Source: an uncultured Faecalimonas sp. (lineage in GTDB: Bacteria > Bacillota > Clostridia > Lachnospirales > Lachnospiraceae). Taken from it: DNA of 57,483 nucleotides. Positions 48,572 to 57,483 of the stretch are shown piece after piece (the stretch's first letter is position 1; each line of letters opens with the position of its first letter). A program made the position numbers and the translations under genes. Below the pieces are notes generated by a model that was not told the origin of the DNA, did no database searches, and saw nothing but the letters and a program-made list of their open reading frames with translations. The stretch covers positions 1 to 57,483 of the forward strand of contig CAZRZV010000003.1 in assembly GCA_964604665.1 (NCBI GenBank), in the 5' to 3' direction.

Positions 48572-49963
48572 CTATAATTCGCAGTTATTTACTGTTCTTG
48601 GGAACGGAATAACATCACGGATGTTAGACATTCCTGTCAAGTACATTACACAGCGTTCAAAACCAAGTCCGAAACCGGCATGTCTTGTTGAACCGTATTT
48701 TCTAAGGTCCAAATAGAAACCGTAATCTTCCGGATTCAGATTCATCTCTTTCATACGGGCAAGCAGTTTGTCGTAATCATCTTCCCTTTGGCTGCCGCCG
48801 ATGATTTCACCGATTCCCGGTACCAGACAGTCAACTGCTGCAACTGTTTTATTATCATCATTCATCTTCATGTAGAATGCTTTGATATCCTTTGGATAAT
48901 CTGTAACAAATACAGGACGTTTGTAAACCTGTTCTGTCAGGTAACGTTCGTGTTCTGTCTGCAAATCGCATCCCCATGATACTTTATAATCAAAGTTGTC
49001 ATTGTTCTTTTCTAAGATTTCAATTGCTTCTGTATATGTCACACGGGCAAAATCAGAATTTGCAACATTATCAAGACGTTCTAACAGTCCTTTGTCCACG
49101 AATGAATTGAAGAAATTCATCTCCTCCGGTGCGTTTTCCAGTACGAAGTGAATGACATACTTCAGCATGGATTCTGCAAGATTCATGTCATCTTCCAAAT
49201 CTGCGAATGCAATCTCCGGTTCAATCATCCAGAACTCCGCGGCGTGACGTGTTGTGTTGGAATTTTCCGCACGGAATGTCGGTCCGAATGTGTAAATGTT
49301 GCGGAATGCCTGTGCATATGTCTCACCATTTAACTGTCCGCTTACTGTAAGGCTCGTTTCTTTATTAAAGAAGTCTTGTGAGTAATCTACTGTGCCGTCT
49401 TCATTCTTTGGAAGGTTTTCCATATCCAATGTTGTTACACGGAACATCTCACCTGCACCCTCGCAGTCACTTCCTGTGATAAGCGGTGTATTTACATACA
49501 CAAACCCTCTCTCTTGGAAAAATTTGTGAATTGCATATGCTGCCAGTGAACGAATACGAAATACTGCCTGGAATGTATTTGTTCTTGGACGTAAATGTGC
49601 AATTGTTCTCAAATATTCAAAACTGTGGCGTTTCTTCTGAAGCGGGTAGTCCGGTGCTGACGCTCCTTCTACCACGACTTCGGTCGCCTGAATCTCAAAC
49701 GGTTGCTTCGCCTGAGGTGTTGCCACCAATGTTCCTTTTACGATAATCGCCGCTCCAACGTTCAATTTCGAAATTTCTGCAAAATTGTCCATCGCATCAT
49801 GGTAAACTACCTGCAATGTTTCAAAATAAGAGCCATCGTTGATTACGATAAATCCAAATGTCTTTGAGTCACGGATACTGCGAATCCAACCGCCGACTGT
49901 GACTTCTTTATCAAAATATTGTTCACGATTTTTGTATAAATCTCTGATTGTAATTAAATCCAT
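48572..49963 (-). CDS. asnS: Asparaginyl-tRNA synthetase
   Basis: [43 protein letters not shown]. Confidence 0.96.
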   Translation of the reverse strand: MDLITIRDLYKNREQYFDKEVTVGGWIRSIRDSKTFGFIVINDGSYFETLQVVYHDAMDNFAEISKLNVGAAIIVKGTLVATPQAKQPFEIQATEVVVEGASAPDYPLQKKRHSFEYLRTIAHLRPRTNTFQAVFRIRSLAAYAIHKFFQERGFVYVNTPLITGSDCEGAGEMFRVTTLDMENLPKNEDGTVDYSQDFFNKETSLTVSGQLNGETYAQAFRNIYTFGPTFRAENSNTTRHAAEFWMIEPEIAFADLEDDMNLAESMLKYVIHFVLENAPEEMNFFNSFVDKGLLERLDNVANSDFARVTYTEAIEILEKNNDNFDYKVSWGCDLQTEHERYLTEQVYKRPVFVTDYPKDIKAFYMKMNDDNKTVAAVDCLVPGIGEIIGGSQREDDYDKLLARMKEMNLNPEDYGFYLDLRKYGSTRHAGFGLGFERCVMYLTGMSNIRDVIPFPRTVNNCEL

Positions 49964-50041
49964 GTCTTTCACGCTCCTTATCCCGTATAGTATACCACGT
50001 CCATGACACGGCCGCAACGATTGTTTTTCCTGATAATAGCA

Positions 50042-50069
50042 TTGACATTTCCTGTTTTTGTGTTATACT
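50042..50069 (+). promoter_or_regulatory. SigA promoter of queT
   Basis: TTGACA, 16-nt spacer, TATACT with extended TG. Confidence 0.75.
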
Positions 50070-50075
50070 TCCACT

Positions 50076-50117
50076 TGTGAGTTCGAAACCCTCCTCACGT
50101 AAAACAAAACTATGGAG
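50076..50117 (+). promoter_or_regulatory. preQ1-I riboswitch, translational
   Basis: UGUGAG-UUCGAAACCCUC-CUCACG stem-loop, A-rich tail AAAACAAAACUA, then GGAG SD; upstream of queT. Confidence 0.88.
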
Positions 50118-50127
50118 AGATATAATC

Positions 50128-50613
50128 ATGAAAAACAAAAAAATACTATTCTTAGTCCAATCAGCCTTAATCGCCGCCATATATGTGGTTCTGACGCTGA
50201 TATTTCGTCCTTTTTCTTTTGGCGAAATACAAGTTCGCATTGCAGAAAGTTTAACGATTCTTCCTGCATTTACCCCTACTGCCATCCCCGGCTTATTTAT
50301 AGGATGTTTCATAGCCAATCTCTTAGGCGGAGGCGCGCTTCCTGATATTATATTCGGAAGTCTTGCAACCTTACTTGGCGCTGTATTTACATATTTGCTC
50401 CGAAAGGAAAGTAAATATCTGGCTCCTGTTCCGCCGATTCTTTCAAACACCCTGATTATTCCATTTGTATTGAAATATGCCTATGGCATAAACCTGCCAA
50501 TCTACGTGATGGTGGCAACTGTCGGTCTCGGCGAAATCATTTCCTGTGGCGTGTTGGGAATGATTGTTTATTCCGCCTTGCGAAAGCACAAACGCCACTT
50601 TTCTTTCCAGTAG
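50128..50613 (+). CDS. queT: Queuosine precursor transporter (ECF S-component) QueT
   Basis: IAAIYVVLT...SFGEIQVRIAE...GLFIGCFIAN...DIIFGS. Confidence 0.9.
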   Translation: MKNKKILFLVQSALIAAIYVVLTLIFRPFSFGEIQVRIAESLTILPAFTPTAIPGLFIGCFIANLLGGGALPDIIFGSLATLLGAVFTYLLRKESKYLAPVPPILSNTLIIPFVLKYAYGINLPIYVMVATVGLGEIISCGVLGMIVYSALRKHKRHFSFQ

Positions 50614-51260
50614 CCTCCGAATGCAATCCATTCTGCAAGGATACAAATCGGAATCGCTGCAAAAATGTCCACAACGGAATGTTGCTTTACAAATGCAACG
50701 GAAATACATACTAAGAAGCAGAAAGTGGTGACAAGTATCTTGCACCATTTTGATGCTCCTTTTTCTTTTAACCAAGTCGATGCAATTCCCACCGAATATG
50801 CCACATGCAATGACGGGCATACGTTCGTACTTGTATCAAGTTTATATAATAAACCGACAATCCATGTGAAAACATTTTTGGTTGTATCAAGGTCTGTCGG
50901 TCTTAAATCCTGACGATTCGGAAATACTATGTAAATAATCATCGCTGCAATCTGCGTAACCATAATAAACTTCATGACATTTTTAAAATTGTCCGGGTTA
51001 TAAAGTGCAAAATATAACAATGTAATCACTATAAGCAGATACCAGCCCACATAAGGAATTACAAAATACTCACAAAACGGTACGATATCATCCAATACAC
51101 AATGCACCGGATAGCACTTTTGAGCAGGAATTAAATTTTCCGTCAAAAAGTAAAGTGCAAAATACCCTAACCATGCAAGCAAATACAATAAATGTCTGTA
51201 TTCCGGCTGATTTATTTTTGACAGCCTGAATTTCCTATAATCTACTACCGGTTTTTTCAT
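50568..51260 (-). CDS. PAP2 superfamily membrane protein (Aur1/IPC-synthase-like)
   Basis: LDDIVPF, NVCPSLHV, KQHSVVD; multiple TM segments. Confidence 0.82.
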   Translation of the reverse strand: MKKPVVDYRKFRLSKINQPEYRHLLYLLAWLGYFALYFLTENLIPAQKCYPVHCVLDDIVPFCEYFVIPYVGWYLLIVITLLYFALYNPDNFKNVMKFIMVTQIAAMIIYIVFPNRQDLRPTDLDTTKNVFTWIVGLLYKLDTSTNVCPSLHVAYSVGIASTWLKEKGASKWCKILVTTFCFLVCISVAFVKQHSVVDIFAAIPICILAEWIAFGGYWKEKWRLCFRKAE

Positions 51261-52018
51261 CTTGGCACCTCCGTAACGTCCTTGTTTGTCAAATAATATT
51301 TCTTTGGGATATTTCGGTAGGGAACCACCTTATGTACAGGAAGGTCCCTCGCTATCTTCGTTATCGCATCAGACAAATATTGGCAAATTCTGTCTCTCTC
51401 TTCTTCAATACTATTTTCAGGATTATAGACCGTTCCTTCTCCGATATACATCTTCTTCAATTTAGGCGCTATATACATTGGAACAAAGGTAAGCGCTGTC
51501 CCTGATTTTTTGTAATGGAGTTTCGCTATGTCCACAAAATTTTCTTGGAATTTATATAAAATATTATTATGCTTCTCATCCTTTTCCGGGAAAATCAGCA
51601 TGGTTGCCCCTTTTTCCAACATCTTGAGACTTGTTTTAAAAGTTGACATAATCCTCATATCATGGTACACGGCAATGGTTCTTGCATTGTTGAAGATACA
51701 AACCGCAAGCGGTGTGATAATATACGACAATACTTTGTAAAATGGATGTGTCCACCTTGGTTTCTGGGACCAAAAGTCTTTAAAGGCATATGCCGGAACT
51801 TCCTTTCGATTCATCATCTCCCCTGCACACCAGATATAACAATTGTCCGGCATAAACAGTTCCCCGGCAATCGGCCCATTCATCTGCGTATGGTTTCCTA
51901 CAATGACAGCATTGTCTTTCGGTAAATTTTCCATACCGACTACTTCCATCTTCCCATAAAATAATCTCACAAAAAATTTAATGATTTTATATGTCCCGGT
52001 TGTCTTTTTCTTTTCCAT
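51257..52018 (-). CDS. Lysophospholipid acyltransferase-like protein
   Basis: VVGMENLP...VIVGNHTQMNGP, LIFPE, FVPMY. Confidence 0.75.
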   Translation of the reverse strand: MEKKKTTGTYKIIKFFVRLFYGKMEVVGMENLPKDNAVIVGNHTQMNGPIAGELFMPDNCYIWCAGEMMNRKEVPAYAFKDFWSQKPRWTHPFYKVLSYIITPLAVCIFNNARTIAVYHDMRIMSTFKTSLKMLEKGATMLIFPEKDEKHNNILYKFQENFVDIAKLHYKKSGTALTFVPMYIAPKLKKMYIGEGTVYNPENSIEEERDRICQYLSDAITKIARDLPVHKVVPYRNIPKKYYLTNKDVTEVPR

Positions 52019-52205
52019 GTCTTATTACTCCTTACTAAGCAGGTCTTATTTAAAACCTATCTAATAAGTATAACATATAGGTTTTTTTTTACAATATTTT
52101 ATAGCCAGTAAAAACTTGTCTTTTTATGTCAAATCGTGTACAATAGAGAAGATAATTAAAAAAGTATAAAATTATTATAATAATTTGGGGAGGTTTTTAT
52201 TTTTT

Positions 52206-53063
52206 ATGTTTGGTAAGAGACCGGATGGACGCAAAATCAAAAACATTGACCCGATGCAGCTTATTACCGGGTTTTTAATGAAGAAGCGTTATGACTCCAT
52301 GACAATGTATGAAGATACTTTCAATTGCGAAGCATGGGATGAATACATAAAAGAAAAAAGGGAACAAGGCATTAAGATAGGTTATATGCATATCCTCATT
52401 GCCGGAATCGTTCGTATGATTGCATTAAGGCCTCGTCTGAACCGCTTCGTAATGAACGGTAAGATTTACGCCAGACCTAAGATTTGGGTAAGTTTCACAA
52501 TTCACCCGGAATTACATATTGACAGCCCTGATACCGTGATTAAGCTCTGCTTTGAAGGAACGGAATCCATTTTGGAAATTGCAGAAAAAATTAACGAGGC
52601 AATTCGCAAGGAAACTGTTCTCAGAAAAGAAGAAAATGAAATTGATAAACTGGCAAGAGTTTTCACTTCCATTCCAAGTTGTATTTTGAATGTGGTTGTA
52701 GGATTTTTAAAATGGATGGACAGACATAATATACTGCCGAAATCCATTATTGAATTCAGTCCGTTCCACACATCCTTTTTTATTACGAACTTAAAATCCC
52801 TCGGTATCAACCATGTGTACCACCACACCTGTGAATTTGGTACAAATGGACTCTTCTTTGCAATGGGTAAGGAAAAAACAATTCCCGTGGCAGAAAAAGG
52901 CGAAATCGTAATCCAAAAACATATGCCGTTCAGCCTCGTTTCGGATGAACGTTTCTGTGATGGTTTGTACTTCGCAGTGGCACTTCGCGAACTTCGTAAG
53001 ATTATGCGTAATCCTAAAGTATTGGAAACACCGCTTGAAGCAAAAATAGAAGATGTAAAATAA
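52206..53063 (+). CDS. Stand-alone 2-oxoacid-dehydrogenase E2-like acyltransferase domain protein
   Basis: RPRLNRF, ITNLKSLG, SDERFCDG; no lipoyl domain. Confidence 0.75.
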   Translation: MFGKRPDGRKIKNIDPMQLITGFLMKKRYDSMTMYEDTFNCEAWDEYIKEKREQGIKIGYMHILIAGIVRMIALRPRLNRFVMNGKIYARPKIWVSFTIHPELHIDSPDTVIKLCFEGTESILEIAEKINEAIRKETVLRKEENEIDKLARVFTSIPSCILNVVVGFLKWMDRHNILPKSIIEFSPFHTSFFITNLKSLGINHVYHHTCEFGTNGLFFAMGKEKTIPVAEKGEIVIQKHMPFSLVSDERFCDGLYFAVALRELRKIMRNPKVLETPLEAKIEDVK

Positions 53064-53067
53064 AACA

Positions 53068-53102
53068 AGACAGGTCGTTACACCAAAGTAACGACCTGTT
53101 CT
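53068..53102. terminator. Terminator between convergent genes
   Basis: ACAGGTCGTTAC...GTAACGACCTGT. Confidence 0.75.
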
Positions 53103-55586
53103 TTATTTCAGATATGTTAAAAATGTATTTCCGCTTCCGTTCATCATCGCATCCACATCACTAAAAGTCTTGGTGATTACGCCGCCACTATGCGGGTCAA
53201 GATACGTAATTGTTTGTGCATCATAACCGACCAGTACAATCGCACTGTCCTGTCCTGTAAGTGCGATAACCGAAATCCCTTTATCAATCAAGTAGCGCAT
53301 GCTTGCCGACGAACCGTCTTTGATTTGTACCGCCTCACCACAATATTTCTCCAACACTTCCAGCGCTGTTTTATTTTCCAATTCCTGCATCACGTCAGCT
53401 GATATGTTTTCATATTGCAAAACTGCTCTGAGACACGCTCCAAGTGCCGTCTCTCCTTGATTTACCTGAAACGAACCAATATTAAAATTGCGATACCACG
53501 CCACACGGTTTCTGTCTTCCCAAACATAATTTTGTTTTGGAGAAATCACGACACCGCCGTTGGCCTCAGCAGCTCGGATTGCCTCGCCTGCCTCTTCATA
53601 TACACCTGCCATTTCTCCCAATGCAAAAACACTGTATTTCAGGTTGCCTGTATTCGCATCAACTTCCATCGTGGTATCTTTGTCATGCAATAACTGTTTT
53701 GGTTTCAACACCTTTGCCTTGGTATCTTTCAGTGCCTCTTCAAATACCAGTCGGAATTGCGTTTCCTTGATACTTGTTTGATATGACTGCAAAGAAATCG
53801 ACTTGTTTTTCTCCTCATTATTCGTAATGTAATCGTCTTCGATCTCTGTATACAGTCCGTCTTGCAGAATCGCACGGTCTATGGTAACCATGTTGCCATC
53901 CACTTTAATGCCCAAAAGATATTTATCGCTTTCCTGATAGGTTTTAACCACCTGATTTTTGGAATTCCGAATTTCAAGTTTATACATGCCCAAAGCGCTA
54001 TTTCCTGACGAGAGCAAGCCGATATCACTTTCTTTTGCGACGCCATACACAAAATCGTTCCGCAAAAATCCAAGCGGTCTGATAATCTCCCCCTGCTCAA
54101 CCTGAATCGTCTGCTCGGAACCGGTCGCAAAATTAACAACTACCGCTTCTGTATCCGATGCCTGATATCCCATCAACTGTCCATTGTCCGAAGAAACATA
54201 TTTGTTTTCTTCTAATCCTCCTAACAGGACTGTTTTCTGGTTCTTTTCTAAATCCACCTTACAAAGTTGTCCGCCTGCCGCCATATAAAGAACGTTGTCC
54301 TCATTATTATAATAAGCCAATCTGCCCAGTTCTTTTTCAATCATTGCATAAGATGTATTACTAGGGATAAAGGCTTTTTCCTCAACCACGTTCTGCCCAA
54401 GATTAAAGTAATAAATGGCTGCACCAGATTCGCCTTCATGACTTCCGCGGTTCATGTATCCATAAACTGCAAATGTAATATTTCCATTTTCTTCCATGGA
54501 TAAAATTTTTACCGTATGCGCGCGATTCCGATGCCGGATATCTTCTTTCTCCGAATCTGCAAAACCAAATACCAACGCAAATTCACTTTCTTCCCTATTG
54601 TAACTCCACAATTCATTTGCTTTGACAAAGGAAACAAAGGTACCCTTACTGTTCGTCTTGTATTGCATATTCGATTTTGCCAATCCCAAACTGATTCCCT
54701 TGCTCGTCAAAGTATCCTTTGACCCGTCAAACAATTCCTCCAGCGTTCTGTCATAGGTCACTAAATAATTTTTCCCTTCGGAATGCTGTACACGGAAAAA
54801 CTCTTTTACATTATGTCTGTCCTTTCCGTCGTGTTCGTTCGTGCATTCGACCTGATAATTCAGACAGACTGATGTATAGGCAGGCTTGACTTCCTGCACA
54901 CTCCAATAGACTTTTCCGATTAACTCCGGTTCCAATTTCCCCCATGTTACATGTGTCAAATTCGAATGAATCGTCACATGCTGCAATGTAGAATCGTCTC
55001 CTTCCGCATTTGATTCCAAAACTTTCTCGATGCTGCCTGTTTCCTTATGTTCCAAAATATTCGCATGCAATGTATCAATATAAGTCATGCATTCCGAAAA
55101 ATGAAGGTCCGCTCCTTTAATCAAACGCGTATAATAATAAACACTCTTATCCACTTTTAACTCCAATCGGATTTTTAAAAGTGCCTCTTTATTTTCTTCC
55201 AAAAATTCTCCCGCAGAGATTTTTACCGTATTTCCGACTTCATCCTTTGTTTGTTCTGCCAATTTTCCTGTCCCGTCAAGACTTAAAATCTGATATTCCA
55301 TGGACGAAATATCCTGGTCATAACTCTGGATATTGACCTCTATTTCGCCCTTCTCATCAACCGGAACAATGGTCTCACGGACTGCGGAAAGGTTCATTTC
55401 CTTTACATGTCCCGCAAGCAGGTTAACATCCTGTCCATTAACCGTAAAAGAAACTGTCGGCAAGGTAGCCGAATTCATGTCAACTGTAACTCCTGCGGTT
55501 CCCCTATTTACAAAATATCCCGTCACAAACAACGCAATGATAAACGAAACCGACAAAACAATAATTCTGATTGTACGCTTTTTCAT
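53103..55586 (-). CDS. Large membrane-anchored extracellular protein with degenerate C39-like C-terminus
   Basis: N-terminal TM; beta-rich body; YGYMNRGSHEG; C-terminal IVLVGYD...YLDP. Confidence 0.65.
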   Translation of the reverse strand: MKKRTIRIIVLSVSFIIALFVTGYFVNRGTAGVTVDMNSATLPTVSFTVNGQDVNLLAGHVKEMNLSAVRETIVPVDEKGEIEVNIQSYDQDISSMEYQILSLDGTGKLAEQTKDEVGNTVKISAGEFLEENKEALLKIRLELKVDKSVYYYTRLIKGADLHFSECMTYIDTLHANILEHKETGSIEKVLESNAEGDDSTLQHVTIHSNLTHVTWGKLEPELIGKVYWSVQEVKPAYTSVCLNYQVECTNEHDGKDRHNVKEFFRVQHSEGKNYLVTYDRTLEELFDGSKDTLTSKGISLGLAKSNMQYKTNSKGTFVSFVKANELWSYNREESEFALVFGFADSEKEDIRHRNRAHTVKILSMEENGNITFAVYGYMNRGSHEGESGAAIYYFNLGQNVVEEKAFIPSNTSYAMIEKELGRLAYYNNEDNVLYMAAGGQLCKVDLEKNQKTVLLGGLEENKYVSSDNGQLMGYQASDTEAVVVNFATGSEQTIQVEQGEIIRPLGFLRNDFVYGVAKESDIGLLSSGNSALGMYKLEIRNSKNQVVKTYQESDKYLLGIKVDGNMVTIDRAILQDGLYTEIEDDYITNNEEKNKSISLQSYQTSIKETQFRLVFEEALKDTKAKVLKPKQLLHDKDTTMEVDANTGNLKYSVFALGEMAGVYEEAGEAIRAAEANGGVVISPKQNYVWEDRNRVAWYRNFNIGSFQVNQGETALGACLRAVLQYENISADVMQELENKTALEVLEKYCGEAVQIKDGSSASMRYLIDKGISVIALTGQDSAIVLVGYDAQTITYLDPHSGGVITKTFSDVDAMMNGSGNTFLTYLK

Positions 55587-56738
55587 CTATACATCGCCTC
55601 TCTTTTCTAACAATTTTCCAAGCATGGGATTAATATTTAAAAATTCTTCACACGCTTTAATCTGCCCCAGATTCTCTTTTTTCTTTCCTGTTTTTACCGC
55701 ACGGATTAAAATATTCTTCGGCGTATGTTCCATATCAATAAATTCCAGAATCTGTGTATCATACCCGCAGTTTTCCAGATACTCCGCGCGGAGGGCGTCT
55801 GTTACGAGCGCCGCCATTCTTTCTTTAATCAAACCATATTTCAACAGTGGCGCTAATGTCTCGTTCTCCATCTGAGCGTTTAACTCATGCTGACAGCATG
55901 GAACCGACAAAATCACTTTTGCATTCCAGCCCACAGCCTTATCCAGTGCAAAATCCGTTGCCGTATCACACGCATGGAGCGTCACAACCATGTCTACCTC
56001 ATCCACGCCGGTGTATTCGGCAATGTTCCCCTCCAAGAATTTTAATTTCTCATAACCATATTTCTCACTTAGGGCATTACAATGAGAAATCACATCTTTC
56101 TTTAAATCCAATCCGATAATGCGCACATCATATTTTTTCAATTCGTGTAAATAGTAATACATGGCAAAGGTCAGGTAAGACTTTCCACAGCCGAAATCGA
56201 GAATCGTCACTTCTCTGTCCTTTGCAAGCTGTGGCAAAATATCCTCGATAAATTCCAGAAAACGATTTACCTGACGGAACTTATCGTATTTTGTGCGAAC
56301 AACCTTTCCATCCGCAGTCATAACGCCTAAGTCCTGCAAGAACGAAACTGCAACGCCTTCCTCTAAAATATATCTTTTGCTTCTGTTGTGAGATAAATCT
56401 ACTGCCTTTGTGCAACCACTTTGCTGCTTTTTCTGAATAGTCACTTTTCCTTTTTTGCTTACCAGTGCGGTTGCCTTTATCGTCTTTGTCTCCATCTGCA
56501 ATTGCTTAAACTGCGTCATGTATTCCGTAAGAACATCTGCTACTTTTTCCGCCTCATAGTTTTCATGAAATACCTGATTATTCTTATATGATTCGCATTG
56601 AAACAAAAGAACGCCCTGTTTTAAAATAGGACGCACTTTTACCTTGGTAATACCACCCTTTTCTTTCGGATTGCTAAGGGTCGCACTTAAAAAATCAATA
56701 TTTAAACTTTCCCGAAATAATGTGTATAGCTGTTGCAT
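55587..56738 (-). CDS. SAM-dependent methyltransferase
   Basis: ILDFGCGKSYLTF, LHACDTATD, VPCC, EHTPKN. Confidence 0.88.
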   Translation of the reverse strand: MQQLYTLFRESLNIDFLSATLSNPKEKGGITKVKVRPILKQGVLLFQCESYKNNQVFHENYEAEKVADVLTEYMTQFKQLQMETKTIKATALVSKKGKVTIQKKQQSGCTKAVDLSHNRSKRYILEEGVAVSFLQDLGVMTADGKVVRTKYDKFRQVNRFLEFIEDILPQLAKDREVTILDFGCGKSYLTFAMYYYLHELKKYDVRIIGLDLKKDVISHCNALSEKYGYEKLKFLEGNIAEYTGVDEVDMVVTLHACDTATDFALDKAVGWNAKVILSVPCCQHELNAQMENETLAPLLKYGLIKERMAALVTDALRAEYLENCGYDTQILEFIDMEHTPKNILIRAVKTGKKKENLGQIKACEEFLNINPMLGKLLEKRGDV

Positions 56739-56752
56739 AATAGTCCTCTTGT

Positions 56753-57424
56753 CTATTCTAATTCAGAAAACCGGTCAAGTTCTTCTCTGCTGCCGGATAC
56801 AAAAAGTATGTCCCCCGGCCGGAACACATAATCCGGCGTAACTATTTCATTGATATTTCTTCCATTTTCAATCGCAATGATATTGACACCGAATTTTCCT
56901 CGCAAATCAACTTCCTTGACTGTTTTTCCCTCAATAACCGACGGGATTAACACCTTGGAAATATTTAATTTTTCACTGAGCTGAATATAGTCAAGCACAC
57001 GGGAAACTTCCAGACGATGCGCAAGTCTGACTGCGATATCTCTTTCCGGGTACACAACTTCTGCTCCAAGCTTTTCCAAAATCAAACCATGCTCTGCACT
57101 GGTTGATTTTGCAATAACGTGCGGAATCCCCAAACTTATCAAATGGAGAGTTGTAAGAATGGATAAGTCCATATGCTCTCCGATACCTACAATCGCAACT
57201 TCACTGTTTTGTATTCCTGTTTCTGCCAAAGTCTTTTTATCAAGACTCTTTACAACATATGCACTTTCTGTATATTCCCGCAATTCTCTTATTTTGTCCT
57301 CATCACGGTCCATGACAATTAAATCTGCTCCTGACTCAGCAAGCTCCATTGCAAGCGCATAACCGAATCTACCCAGTCCTACTATCCCATACGTGTTTTT
57401 TTCATTTTTAGATTTCTTATACAT
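56753..57424 (-). CDS. TrkA/KtrA family potassium uptake regulatory subunit
   Basis: GLGRFG RCK_N domain and an RCK_C domain. Confidence 0.9.
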   Translation of the reverse strand: MYKKSKNEKNTYGIVGLGRFGYALAMELAESGADLIVMDRDEDKIRELREYTESAYVVKSLDKKTLAETGIQNSEVAIVGIGEHMDLSILTTLHLISLGIPHVIAKSTSAEHGLILEKLGAEVVYPERDIAVRLAHRLEVSRVLDYIQLSEKLNISKVLIPSVIEGKTVKEVDLRGKFGVNIIAIENGRNINEIVTPDYVFRPGDILFVSGSREELDRFSELE

Positions 57425-57483
57425 ATTTCCTCCTGTTATGAAGTGACTTTTGTCAAGAGTTAATTTTAAGAAATTTTTCTTCA

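Overview
A 57.5-kb chromosomal window of a low-GC spore-forming Firmicute. Gene content and order look Lachnospiraceae-like (inference). Most genes lie on the minus strand. Housekeeping genes: tadA, cysK, deoB, trmB, ybhJ-type hydratase, pgi, mtnN, murG, cca, proS, spoVG, glgC/glgD, murC, dnaD/dnaC-like, prs, asnS, queT, trkA/ktrA. RNA elements: 5' end of a large SRP RNA, tRNA-Lys(CTT), a Pro T-box and a preQ1-I riboswitch. There is also a Tad/Flp pilus locus and a DnaA-box cluster. No transposase, integrase, prophage or CRISPR array was seen. Most striking unexplained structure: (1) an ECF sigma / membrane anti-sigma / secreted protein module with a shared GCGTCAGA-N14-GTGTTT promoter motif that also precedes an ORF-less ~145-nt hairpin RNA, plus a second long hairpin in the target's 3' UTR; (2) a self-contained ~630-nt purine-rich transcription unit without a long ORF at 10955-11621; (3) a full-length glgC frame with two in-frame TGA codons inside a ~100-bp cluster of transversions, probably an assembly error; (4) a Tad minor pilin with tandem Zn/DNA-binding-like motifs; (5) a three-gene lipid-modifying module with non-canonical catalytic motifs. 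Family names come from my recognition of motifs; no searches were run.
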